NCBI GenBank assembly: GCA_031285625.1
Contig: JAITVV010000009.1
Span: forward strand, 1 to 41,230
Length of the DNA: 41,230 nt
Direction: 5' to 3'
Source of the DNA: Prevotella sp.
Lineage (GTDB): Bacteria; Bacteroidota; Bacteroidia; Bacteroidales; Dysgonomonadaceae
How positions within the stretch are numbered: the stretch's first letter is position 1; the number at the start of each line of letters is the position of its first letter. Positions 9,657 to 18,260 of this stretch are shown one piece after another. Below the pieces are notes generated by a model. It had not been told where the DNA came from. It saw only the letters and a program-made list of their open reading frames with translations, and searched no databases. The position numbers and the translations under genes are program-made.

Positions 9657-9793
9657 TTTTACCACAGAGTAATAAAAGGAGTCATAGGGAGTTTTTAATA
9701 TGTTATAATTGAAAGTCATATTTCAAGACATAAATGTCTATTTTTGAATTCATTATATATACTCCGTAGTACTCTGTAACTACATGGTTAAAA
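9657..9793. repeat. degenerate long inverted repeat (REP/MITE-like)
   Basis: ttttaccacagagt..gagtcatagggagt pairs imperfectly with actccgtagtactctgtaactacatggttaaaa; inner agacat-aa-atgtct hairpin. Confidence 0.5.
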
Positions 9794-9882
9794 GTCAAGA
9801 TAAGTTTTTTAGTTAATAGATAAGTAATTCCATAAACATCTATAGAAATTAGTTGTTTTATTGTACAAGAAAGTAAGCCGTA

Positions 9883-10362
9883 ATGAAGATTGACAAAACA
9901 AATGCAGTCCGTTTACTAGATAAAGAAAAAATTGAATATAAACTTATACCATATCAGGTTGACGAATCGGATCTTAGTGCAGTCCATGTGGCAGAGCAAT
10001 TGAATGAACCAGTCGAACAGGTATTCAAAACTTTGGTGCTAAAAGGTGATAAGTCTGGTTATTTTGTTTGTATTATACCCGGAGCAGAAGAACTAGACCT
10101 GAAAGCTGCTGCAAAAGTTTCGGGGAATAAAAGTTGCGATATGGTACCAATGAAAGACCTACTTAATATTACGGGCTATATAAGAGGAGCCTGTTCTCCT
10201 ATCGGTATGAAAAAGCAGTTTCCTACTTATATAGATGATTCATATAAGAATTTCGACTATATATATGTGAGTGCAGGAAAGAGAGGATTGCAGATTCAAC
10301 TTAATCCTAAAGATTTAATGGGGATTGTAAATATTGAGCCTGCAATATTAGTGAAATTGTAA
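9883..10362 (+). CDS. ybaK: Cys-tRNA(Pro) deacylase
   Basis: KTNAVRLLD, VFKTLV, TGYIRGACSPIG, SAGKRG motifs. Confidence 0.95.
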   Translation: MKIDKTNAVRLLDKEKIEYKLIPYQVDESDLSAVHVAEQLNEPVEQVFKTLVLKGDKSGYFVCIIPGAEELDLKAAAKVSGNKSCDMVPMKDLLNITGYIRGACSPIGMKKQFPTYIDDSYKNFDYIYVSAGKRGLQIQLNPKDLMGIVNIEPAILVKL

Positions 10363-10486
10363 TTTGTACATTCCATATTTGGGTATGTGCTTTTATTGGT
10401 AAAATAAAATGTCGAATAGCTATGTTTAATGACGTCTTTTTAACATCTTTATTAGTAAAAAAGGAAAATATAATAATAATAACACA

Positions 10487-10494
10487 TACCTTTG
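10487..10494 (+). promoter_or_regulatory. sigma70 -7 element TACCTTTG for oxidoreductase operon
   Basis: Exact TAnnTTTG 65 nt upstream of ATG 10560. Confidence 0.65.
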
Positions 10495-10559
10495 TATAGG
10501 GATCAACTAGAACACCCCATCAATTAAGAAAACAAGTCCTAAATAATTATTATACAGAA

Positions 10560-10790
10560 ATGGCCAAAATAAAAGGAACTGTAGTTGTAAACGAGGAGCG
10601 CTGCAAAGGCTGCAACCTCTGTGTAGTTTCATGTCCTTGTGACGTTTTGGAATTACAGCCCCGAAATGTTAATAACAGAGGCTATCACTATGTTTACATG
10701 AAAAATCCTGATTCTTGTATAGGTTGCGCTAATTGCGGATATGTATGTCCTGACGGATGCCTCACAATCTATAAGAAAAAATTTGAATAA
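10560..10790 (+). CDS. 2x[4Fe-4S] ferredoxin-like delta subunit of 2-oxoacid:ferredoxin oxidoreductase
   Basis: CKGCNLCVVSCP and CIGCANCGYVCP clusters; first gene of operon. Confidence 0.93.
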   Translation: MAKIKGTVVVNEERCKGCNLCVVSCPCDVLELQPRNVNNRGYHYVYMKNPDSCIGCANCGYVCPDGCLTIYKKKFE

Positions 10791-10857
10791 ACACTAACGA
10801 ATCATTATGGCATTTTGTCAAATAGGTTCGTTTTTAAATTAAATCAAAAAGTAATAA

Positions 10858-10876
10858 AATAGGTCTGCGACCTTAA
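10858..10876 (+). repeat. AATAGGTC-TGC-GACCT mini-hairpin before alpha subunit
   Basis: Stem ends at 10873, 13 nt before ATG 10887. Confidence 0.75.
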
Positions 10877-10886
10877 TCAAAAGCTT

Positions 10887-11969
10887 ATGTCAGAAGAAAT
10901 AGTTTTAATGAAAGGCAATGAGGCTATTGCCCATGCTGCTATAAGATATGGTGCAGATGGATACTTCGGCTATCCTATTACACCTCAATCGGAAATAATG
11001 GAAACATTAATGGTTGAGGCTCCCTGGAAAACAACAGGTATGGTTGTTCTTCAGGCTGAAAGTGAAATCGCATCAATAAATATGGTATATGGCGGAGCCG
11101 GATGTGGTAAAGCCGTGATGACATCTTCGTCGAGCCCCGGTATGAGCCTTATGCTTGAAGGAGTGTCTTATCTGGCAGGTGCAGAATTACCTTGCCTTAT
11201 GGTAAATGTAATGCGTGGTGGTCCCGGACTGGGAACAATACAGCCATCCCAGGCAGATTACTTTCAAACTGTAAAGGGTGGAGGACATGGTGACTATAAT
11301 TTAATAACATTAGCTCCTGCTTCAGTACAAGAGATGGTTGATTTTGTAGCACTAGGTTTCGACCTTGCTTTCAAATATCAAACTCCGGCAATGATACTTA
11401 CCGACGGCGTTATCGGGCAGATGATGGAGAAGGTAAAGCTACCTGCATTCAAACGCAGAAGAACCGAAAAAGAAATACGCGAACAATGTCCATGGGCTAC
11501 ATTAGGTAAGCCAGCTGATCGTAAACCGAATATAATCACGTCTCTCGAACTTGATCCTTACAAAATGGAGATAAACAATCTTCGTTTCCAGGCTAAATAT
11601 AAGTTGATTGAAAAAGAACTCTGTATGCATCAGGAAGTAAATTGCGAAGATGCAGACTATATTCTGGTCGCATTTGGATCTGCAGCACGTATTTGCCAAA
11701 AAGCTATGGAAATAGCACGTGCGCAAGGCATAAAAGTCGGTCTTATTCGTCCGATTACTTTGTGGCCTTTCCCATCCAAAGAAATTGATAAATATTCAAC
11801 TAAGGTTAAAGGAATACTTACAGTGGAAATGAATGCCGGACAAATGGTAGAAGATGTTCGTTTAGCTGTAAATGGAAAAGTAAAAGTGGAGCATTACGGA
11901 CGTTTGGGCGGAATAGTTCCAACCCCGAGTGAGGTAGTGGATGCTTTACAGAATAAATTCGATTGCTGA
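10887..11969 (+). CDS. vorB: 2-oxoacid:ferredoxin oxidoreductase alpha subunit (VorB-like)
   Basis: GNEAIA, GYPITPQSE, QAESE, MRGGPGLG, VEMNAGQM motifs; substrate specificity not provable from sequence. Confidence 0.9.
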   Translation: MSEEIVLMKGNEAIAHAAIRYGADGYFGYPITPQSEIMETLMVEAPWKTTGMVVLQAESEIASINMVYGGAGCGKAVMTSSSSPGMSLMLEGVSYLAGAELPCLMVNVMRGGPGLGTIQPSQADYFQTVKGGGHGDYNLITLAPASVQEMVDFVALGFDLAFKYQTPAMILTDGVIGQMMEKVKLPAFKRRRTEKEIREQCPWATLGKPADRKPNIITSLELDPYKMEINNLRFQAKYKLIEKELCMHQEVNCEDADYILVAFGSAARICQKAMEIARAQGIKVGLIRPITLWPFPSKEIDKYSTKVKGILTVEMNAGQMVEDVRLAVNGKVKVEHYGRLGGIVPTPSEVVDALQNKFDC

Positions 11970-12000
11970 AGGGCTGTCGATTGTTCAAAAAGAGTTTATT

Positions 12001-12020
12001 AATAGGTCTATGACCTTTAA
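12001..12020 (+). repeat. AATAGGTC-TAT-GACCT mini-hairpin before beta subunit
   Basis: Stem ends at 12016, 16 nt before ATG 12033. Confidence 0.75.
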
Positions 12021-12032
12021 AGTTTAAACATT

Positions 12033-12791
12033 ATGAGTACAAATATTATAGATCCGGCAAACTTAGTATATGCTAAGCCTGTATTGATGAATGATACAGA
12101 TATGCACTATTGTCCGGGCTGTTCACATGGAGTTGTCCATAAATTGATTGCCGAAGTAATTGAAGAAATGGGACTACGTGAAAGTACAATCGGTATAGCA
12201 CCGGTTGGTTGTGCTGTATTTGCTTACAGTTATTTAGATATAGATTGGCAGGAAGCTGCGCATGGACGTGCTCCAGCATTAGCTACAGCTGTTAAACGTC
12301 TTAACCCTGAGAAAATGGTATTTACCTATCAGGGAGACGGAGACTTGGCTGCTATCGGTACAGGAGAAACTATTCATGCAGCTAATAGAGGTGAAAATAT
12401 AGCCATTATCTTTATTAATAATGGTATTTATGGTATGACTGGAGGACAGATGGCTCCAACTACATTGAGTCAGATGAAAACTTCAACATCTCCTAACGGA
12501 CGTGATGTTCATGAGAGTGGTTATCCGCTAAAAATTCTTGATTTGCTTGCTCAACTGAATGGGGTATGTCTGGCTACACGCCAGAGTGTGCATACAGCAG
12601 CATCAGTTAAGAAGGCAAAGCGAATGATACGTAAGGCATTTGAGAACTCAATGGAAAATAAAGGAACATCGATAGTCGAAATCGTTTCTACATGTAATGC
12701 CGGTTGGAAAATGACTCCGGAGGCAGCCAATGAATGGATGGTAGAAAATATGTTCCCGGCATATCCACTGGGTGATTTGAAGAATCTTTAA
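12033..12791 (+). CDS. 2-oxoacid:ferredoxin oxidoreductase beta (TPP-binding) subunit
   Basis: YCPGCSHG, VGC, HGRA, GDGD..NN..YGMTGGQ TPP motif. Confidence 0.93.
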   Translation: MSTNIIDPANLVYAKPVLMNDTDMHYCPGCSHGVVHKLIAEVIEEMGLRESTIGIAPVGCAVFAYSYLDIDWQEAAHGRAPALATAVKRLNPEKMVFTYQGDGDLAAIGTGETIHAANRGENIAIIFINNGIYGMTGGQMAPTTLSQMKTSTSPNGRDVHESGYPLKILDLLAQLNGVCLATRQSVHTAASVKKAKRMIRKAFENSMENKGTSIVEIVSTCNAGWKMTPEAANEWMVENMFPAYPLGDLKNL

Positions 12792-12820
12792 AAATAGGTT
12801 TTAATACAAGAAAGTTATAA

Positions 12821-12840
12821 AATAGGTCTGCGACCTTAAA
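12821..12840 (+). repeat. AATAGGTC-TGC-GACCT mini-hairpin before gamma subunit
   Basis: Identical to 10858 copy over taaaataggtctgcgaccttaa; stem ends 13 nt before ATG 12850. Confidence 0.75.
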
Positions 12841-12849
12841 CCGAAGAGC

Positions 12850-13404
12850 ATGACACAGGAAATAATAATAGCAGGTTTTGGAGGACAAGGAGTATTGTCG
12901 ATGGGTAAGATATTAGCTTATTCCGGATTGATGGAAGATAAAGAAGTATCGTGGTTCCCTTCATATGGCCCAGAACAACGTGGAGGTACTGCAAATGTAA
13001 CTGTTATATTGAGCGATAATCCTATCAGTTCGCCGATAGTAAACGAATATGATATAGCCATTATACTTAATCAGCCTTCATTAGAAAAGTTTGAGTCATC
13101 TGTAAAACCTGGTGGTGTATTGATTTATGATCCCAGTGGCTTCCAGCATCCACCTACACGAAAAGATATCTATGTATACCAGATAGAAGCAGTGGATACT
13201 GCGGCTTTGATGAAGAATAATAAAGCCTTTAATATGATTGTTTTAGGAGGACTTCTTAAAGTGAGCCCTATGGTTAAACTTGAAAATGTTATGCTAGGAT
13301 TGAAAAAGTCCCTTCCTGAACGTCATCACGGATTATTGCCTATGAATGAGCAAGCTATATTGAAGGGTATGGAAGTTGTAAAAGAGATCCAGAAACCAAG
13401 CTGA
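12850..13404 (+). CDS. 2-oxoacid:ferredoxin oxidoreductase gamma subunit
   Basis: AGFGGQG, PSYGPEQRGG, NMIVLG motifs. Confidence 0.93.
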   Translation: MTQEIIIAGFGGQGVLSMGKILAYSGLMEDKEVSWFPSYGPEQRGGTANVTVILSDNPISSPIVNEYDIAIILNQPSLEKFESSVKPGGVLIYDPSGFQHPPTRKDIYVYQIEAVDTAALMKNNKAFNMIVLGGLLKVSPMVKLENVMLGLKKSLPERHHGLLPMNEQAILKGMEVVKEIQKPS

Positions 13405-13423
13405 CTTCGAAATCAAATATAAA

Positions 13424-13457
13424 TAAAAAAGGATAACCAATCGGTTATCCTTTTTTA
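13424..13457. terminator. bidirectional intrinsic terminator
   Basis: taaaaaaggataacc-aatc-ggttatcctttttta. Confidence 0.9.
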
Positions 13458-13479
13458 CGTTATATAATATTTAATTTTC

Positions 13480-14460
13480 TTAGTATGCCCATTTCAAATA
13501 TACGGCGCCCCAGGTGAACCCACCTCCAAACGCAGTTAAAATAAGATTATCGCCCTTTTTCAATTGCGACTCCCATTCGTATAAGCAAACAGGAATTGTA
13601 CCAGCACTGGTATTTCCATACTTCTGAATATTCACCATTACCTTATCCGGAGAAAGTCCCATGCGGTTACCTACCGCTTCGATAATGCGGATATTTGCCT
13701 GGTGAGGAACCAGCCAGTCAACAGTATCGTTTGTGAGGTGATTGCGTTCCATTATTTCTACGGATACATCAGCCATTTTAGAAACGGCATGTTTAAATAC
13801 AACTTGCCCCTCCTGATAAACATAATGCATATCTTTATCTACAGTTTCATGTGAAGCAGGATGAATAGAGCCTCCACCGTACATATGCAGGTGAGTTGTA
13901 AATGCTCCATCTACATGTAGTATCGAGTCCATCACTCCCTCTTCCTCTTCCGTTGGTTCCAACATTACAGCTCCTGCGGCATCGCCGAACAGAGGGCATG
14001 TTGTGCGGTCTTTATAGTTGGTAATTGAGGTCATTTTATCTCCTGCAGCAACTATTACTTTCTTGTATTTGCCCGATTTGATAAAATTTGACCCTATTTC
14101 CAGTGCATAAATAAAACCGGAACATGCAGCCTGTATATCAAATCCCAAAGCATTCTTGATTCCACACTTATCAGCGGTCAATGCAGCTGTGGATGGAAAT
14201 ATATAGTCAGGAGTTGTTGTTGCAAAAATAATTACTTCTACATCTTCGGGTTTTGTATTAGTTTTTTCTAACACTATTTTTACAGCCTCAGCTCCCATAT
14301 CAGATGTGCCTTTATCCTTAGCTAATACATGTCGCTCCTTGATACCTACGCGAGTCATAATCCACTCATCGGTAGTATCAACTATTTTGGCCATATCATC
14401 ATTTGTTAGAATGTCTTCTGGTATGTATGCACCAACACCGGTAATTGCAGCTCGAATCAT
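13480..14460 (-). CDS. fabH: 3-oxoacyl-ACP synthase III
   Basis: AACSGF catalytic Cys, [20 protein letters not shown]. Confidence 0.97.
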   Translation of the reverse strand: MIRAAITGVGAYIPEDILTNDDMAKIVDTTDEWIMTRVGIKERHVLAKDKGTSDMGAEAVKIVLEKTNTKPEDVEVIIFATTTPDYIFPSTAALTADKCGIKNALGFDIQAACSGFIYALEIGSNFIKSGKYKKVIVAAGDKMTSITNYKDRTTCPLFGDAAGAVMLEPTEEEEGVMDSILHVDGAFTTHLHMYGGGSIHPASHETVDKDMHYVYQEGQVVFKHAVSKMADVSVEIMERNHLTNDTVDWLVPHQANIRIIEAVGNRMGLSPDKVMVNIQKYGNTSAGTIPVCLYEWESQLKKGDNLILTAFGGGFTWGAVYLKWAY

Positions 14461-14487
14461 TATTTTTTTGGTTTTGTGAGTATTAAT

Positions 14488-14513
14488 AAAAAAAATGCCC
14501 TAATATTTAGGGC
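14488..14513 (-). terminator. terminator-like hairpin between rpmF and fabH
   Basis: Minus strand gccctaa-ata-ttagggc followed by an A then a U8 run. Confidence 0.6.
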
Positions 14514-14534
14514 TAAAGATTCAGTTCAAATATA

Positions 14535-14720
14535 TTAAACCGCAGCTCCTTTTTCTATTGCTAATTTTCCTCTGTAATATCCACATTCAGGACATACTGT
14601 ATGGAATACATGCCAAGAACCGCAGTTAGAGCATACAGCCAATGTTGGAGCTACTGCTTTATCGTGAGTTCTTCTTTTAGCTGTTCTAGACTTTGACTGT
14701 TTTCGTTTCGGATGTGCCAT
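14535..14720 (-). CDS. rpmF: 50S ribosomal protein L32
   Basis: MAHPKRKQSKSRTAKRRTH; CSNC..CPEC GYYRG zinc ribbon. Confidence 0.98.
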   Translation of the reverse strand: MAHPKRKQSKSRTAKRRTHDKAVAPTLAVCSNCGSWHVFHTVCPECGYYRGKLAIEKGAAV

Positions 14721-14790
14721 TTTACTGTTTTATTTAGTTATTTTTATTTATCTCAATTAGAAAAATCAAGTTTTCTATTTTATGTATTTA

Positions 14791-15369
14791 CTATTCTTCG
14801 TCTGGAGAGACATCTTTTAAAGCATCCCAGCGAGGGTCGGAAAAAGAAGATGAATCGTCATCTTCAAGTGCTATGTCATCTATGTCATCGTCAGAATCAT
14901 CATCTGAACTTTTTACCTTATGTTTATTTAACTTAGAAGACATTGCTTTATTGCATGTGCCCGGAGGATGTATTTTTTTTGTTGGTAGGCTAAGAACTAT
15001 AAATTCATATAGAAACCAAGCAATATTGATCTCTCCGTCTTCTTCAGGGATGATGACTATTTCGTCACTCTCTTCAGAGTATTCAGCTCCAAATTTTACT
15101 ATAAGCTTGTTCTTTGTGTCCACTTCCATCGCAATATCATCCAGACACCTGTCACATGGAACATGTACAGTACCGTTAATATCGAAATTAAGTTCGAAAG
15201 TAACACTTGTCTTTTTCAGTGATACTACTGCTTTCAGACTACCCTTTTTTACGTCGGCCGTACCGTCATCAATAAGGGCAAAATACTTATTGTCCAAGTC
15301 GTACTTGAACTCATGTTTTCCTTCTGATAAACTTCTCAAAGGAATATTGTATAAGCTAAACTTTCCCAC
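14791..15369 (-). CDS. yceD: DUF177/YceD-family protein
   Basis: CDRCL, DPRWDALK motifs, upstream of rpmF; GTG start; TACCTTTG at 15400-15407 (minus). Confidence 0.9.
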   Translation of the reverse strand: MGKFSLYNIPLRSLSEGKHEFKYDLDNKYFALIDDGTADVKKGSLKAVVSLKKTSVTFELNFDINGTVHVPCDRCLDDIAMEVDTKNKLIVKFGAEYSEESDEIVIIPEEDGEINIAWFLYEFIVLSLPTKKIHPPGTCNKAMSSKLNKHKVKSSDDDSDDDIDDIALEDDDSSSFSDPRWDALKDVSPDEE

Positions 15370-15555
15370 GTACTGTATTTATAACTCAAAAGAACGGCGC
15401 AAAGGTATAAAGTTTTTTTTGAATAAATAAATATTTTAAGTTTTATCTTGAAACAAAGTAATATGCTAAACTTTTTTGTGAAAAAATATTTAACAGTATT
15501 TTTATGTACCTTTAAGTCACTGTTCTGAAGTCAATCTTTATATAATATTTTCGGT

Positions 15556-17562
15556 ATGGCAAGTTCTAATAATAGAAATTTAAGTGCTTTTGATATAGAA
15601 TTAACTATACAGAAAAGAAATTCTATCTTTTCAATGTTATTTTGTGTTCCACTCGTTTTCATAGCTTTATTTCTAAGAGATATGCCTTATTCTAACTATA
15701 TGATGTGGGCTTTGGCTACTCCGGTCGTTATGGTATTTGGAAAACAATTTTTTATTATAGCTTTTAGAAAAATCAGATATTTTACAGTGAATATGGATAC
15801 TTTAGTTGCATTGAGTACAGGTACAGCCTATGTTGTGAGTGTATTTAATACTATATATCCTTCATTTTGGACAAACCGGGGAATGGATGCTTATGTATAT
15901 TTTGAAGTATCGGCTATTGTAGTTGCATTTGTTTTGTTAGGAAGGTATCTTGAAGAAAAAGCTAAAAGTAATACTATGTTGGCTATAAAGAAACTGATCG
16001 GATTACAGCCGCGTGTAGCCAGAGTTGTAAGAAATAGTGAGGTTATAGAAATTCCCATAAGAGATATCGAAATTGGCGATGAGGTGATTGTAAGGCCAGG
16101 AGAGCATATTCCGTTTGATGGTAAAATATCTAAAGGCAGCACCTTTATTAATGAAAGCATGATAAGTGGAGAGCCACTTCCGGTAGAGAAGGGGGAAGGA
16201 AAAAGGGTATATGCCGGAACGATAAATGAAGTTAATAGCTTCCACTTTATTGTCAGAAAGATTGGGCGGGATAGTTTATTGGGGCAGGTTGTTAAAATGA
16301 TACAGGAGGCTCAGTCTGATAAGAGGCAGGTTCAAAAGACAGTCGATAAAATATCGAAAGTATTTATTCCTGTTATAGGTATTGTAGCTGTTATAACTTT
16401 TTTTGTATGGTATACTCTTGCTGAAAATGATGGTTTTATACATGGAGCTATGTCTTCTGTAGCTGTTCTTATTATGGCCTGTCCTTGTGCATTAGGGTTA
16501 GCTACTCCAACTGCGATAATGGCTGGAATAGATAAGGGGGCCGGAAAAGGTGTATTGATAAAAGGTTCTGAGGCGCTCATAAATGCAGCAGAATTATCGT
16601 CGGTAGTATTAGATAAAACCGGAACTATAACAGAAGGAGTCTCAAAAGTGACACACATGCAGTGGATTGCTCGTGAGACTCCGGAGCTCAAAGGAATATT
16701 GTATGGAATCGAATCTTACTCAGAACACCCACTGGCAGAGGCTGTAAAGGTATATTTAAGGGATGAGATGCGGGTTAAGCCAGACATGAAAGTATCATCT
16801 TTATCAGGAAGTGGATTGATGGGAGAAACTCATTTTGAAAGATACTATGTGGGAACCACAAAATTATTGGAAGAGCAGAATATCATGTTAACAGAAGAGC
16901 AAAAAAAATGGATCGAGAGGGAAACTGATAATTCAAATACAATTGTTCTTTTTGCCAGCCAGTCATCCTTACTGGCTATTATATCTATTGCAGACAAAGT
17001 TAAGCATACATCTCTGAAAGCTATTGATGAAATGATATCTTCAAATTTAGATTTGTATATGCTTACCGGTGATAGTAAACGTTCTGGCGATCTGATCGCA
17101 AAGCAAGTTGGAATAGCTATGGAAAGGGTCGAGGCTGGGGCTTCTCCTGTGGATAAAGCTCTATTTGTAAAAAAGTTGCAAGCCAATGGCGAGGTCGTTG
17201 CTATGACCGGAGATGGGATAAATGATGCCGGAGCACTAGCGGCCGCAGATGTAAGTATTGCGATGGGGCAGGGGAGCGATATAGCTATGGAAGTTGCACA
17301 GGTGACTATTGCTTCTTCCGATCTGAATAAATTACTCGAATTGATTGATTTATCTAAGCAGGCGGTGAGGACTATCAAACAAAATCTATTCTGGGCATTT
17401 ATCTTCAATATAATAGGTATCCTTGTAGTAGCTGGTATTATATTTCCATTTAGTGGTATTCAACTAAGTCCTGTTGTTGCTGAACTTGTGATTGTTCTCA
17501 GTACTACAAGTGTCGTTATCAATAGTTTTATATTGAGATATAAAAAGAAAAACGCTGTATGA
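15556..17562 (+). CDS. heavy-metal P1B-type ATPase, CopA-like but atypical
   Basis: CPCALGLATP, DKTGT, SEHP, TGD, GDGINDA; no N-terminal CxxC domain. Confidence 0.9.
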   Translation: MASSNNRNLSAFDIELTIQKRNSIFSMLFCVPLVFIALFLRDMPYSNYMMWALATPVVMVFGKQFFIIAFRKIRYFTVNMDTLVALSTGTAYVVSVFNTIYPSFWTNRGMDAYVYFEVSAIVVAFVLLGRYLEEKAKSNTMLAIKKLIGLQPRVARVVRNSEVIEIPIRDIEIGDEVIVRPGEHIPFDGKISKGSTFINESMISGEPLPVEKGEGKRVYAGTINEVNSFHFIVRKIGRDSLLGQVVKMIQEAQSDKRQVQKTVDKISKVFIPVIGIVAVITFFVWYTLAENDGFIHGAMSSVAVLIMACPCALGLATPTAIMAGIDKGAGKGVLIKGSEALINAAELSSVVLDKTGTITEGVSKVTHMQWIARETPELKGILYGIESYSEHPLAEAVKVYLRDEMRVKPDMKVSSLSGSGLMGETHFERYYVGTTKLLEEQNIMLTEEQKKWIERETDNSNTIVLFASQSSLLAIISIADKVKHTSLKAIDEMISSNLDLYMLTGDSKRSGDLIAKQVGIAMERVEAGASPVDKALFVKKLQANGEVVAMTGDGINDAGALAAADVSIAMGQGSDIAMEVAQVTIASSDLNKLLELIDLSKQAVRTIKQNLFWAFIFNIIGILVVAGIIFPFSGIQLSPVVAELVIVLSTTSVVINSFILRYKKKNAV

Positions 17563-17580
17563 ATTTCATACAGCGTTTTT
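17548..17580. terminator. bidirectional intrinsic terminator
   Basis: aaaaacgctgtatgaa-t-ttcatacagcgttttt overlapping ATPase stop. Confidence 0.88.
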
Positions 17581-17601
17581 TATAATCATTTTCGACTAAA
17601 G

Positions 17602-18048
17602 TTAGCCAATAGTAACCAGCGCAACCCCTTCTAATACAGAGTCTCCTTTAGCTACATGTATTCCTGTAACTTTTCCGTCCTGAGTTGCCTGTATAGCATT
17701 TTCCATTTTCATCGCTTCAAGCATAACTACAGTCTGTCCTTTCTTCACTTCGTCGCCTTCGTTAACCAATACGTCGATGATAATACCAGGAAGAGGAGAT
17801 TTTACACTGCCTGCACCGCCACCACCTGCTGGTTTTGTAGGAGCAGAAGCTGTTACCTTTGGTGCCGAGGCTGCAGCCGCAGGAGCTTTTGCTGCCGGAC
17901 GTGTAACCAGAGTAACCTCTTCTTCGTTGTTTACCAGTTCTACTTTGTAATTGGTTCCGTTTACTGCTACTTCAGCAAGATCGTTATCCATCTTATTTAC
18001 GGCAACTATATATTCCTGACCGTTTATTCTATATATGAACTGTTTCAT
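17602..18048 (-). CDS. biotin carboxyl carrier subunit (MmdC-like)
   Basis: EAMKM biotinylation motif, Ala/Pro linker, SPLPG. Confidence 0.95.
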   Translation of the reverse strand: MKQFIYRINGQEYIVAVNKMDNDLAEVAVNGTNYKVELVNNEEEVTLVTRPAAKAPAAAASAPKVTASAPTKPAGGGGAGSVKSPLPGIIIDVLVNEGDEVKKGQTVVMLEAMKMENAIQATQDGKVTGIHVAKGDSVLEGVALVTIG

Positions 18049-18063
18049 AATAATTATTCAAAT

Positions 18064-18240
18064 TTATTTTCTTGTTGGCATTTGAAGCATCGCATTTCCT
18101 TTGTCAGCCCAAGGCAAATAATCTTTTGAGACATGTTTGATCGTCAAAACATTGCTCTCAACATCATGTTGGTGTTGGGTATCATATATAGCCATGGCTA
18201 TAGCTGCTAATACTTCTGTCGGTATATGTTGATCACTCAT
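18064..18240 (-). CDS. 58-aa small subunit (OadG/MmdD C-terminal-like or acyl-CoA carboxylase epsilon-like); not in ORF track
   Basis: Hand translation MSDQHIPTEVLAAIAMAIYDTQHQHDVESNVLTIKHVSKDYLPWADKGNAMLQMPTRK*; fills the gap between carboxyltransferase and biotin carrier. Confidence 0.8.
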   Translation of the reverse strand: MSDQHIPTEVLAAIAMAIYDTQHQHDVESNVLTIKHVSKDYLPWADKGNAMLQMPTRK

Positions 18241-18260
18241 ATTATTTAATTTTAGAGAGA

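Noticed and set aside
10858-12840. Mini-hairpin repeats as CRISPR repeats or invertible-promoter IRs
   Set aside because: Separated by whole genes rather than ~30-nt spacers, no cas or recombinase nearby, and the asymmetric flanks are in direct orientation
14461-14534. No plsX between rpmF and fabH
   Set aside because: yceD-rpmF-fabH order is, to my knowledge, ordinary in Bacteroidales
14712-15430. Plus-strand ORFs of 74 and 185 aa
   Set aside because: Antisense shadows of yceD/rpmF; Ser-rich text mirrors the acidic tract of YceD
15476-15496. TTGTGAAAAAATATTTAACAG as a Rex-like operator
   Set aside because: Spacing and right half deviate from TTGTGAA-N4-TTCACAA; weak in AT-rich background
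15891-18129. Long antisense ORFs (16332-16691, 16845-17408, 17656-18129 and others)
   Set aside because: Overlap motif-bearing ATPase and biotin-carrier genes on the opposite strand and show no recognisable motifs
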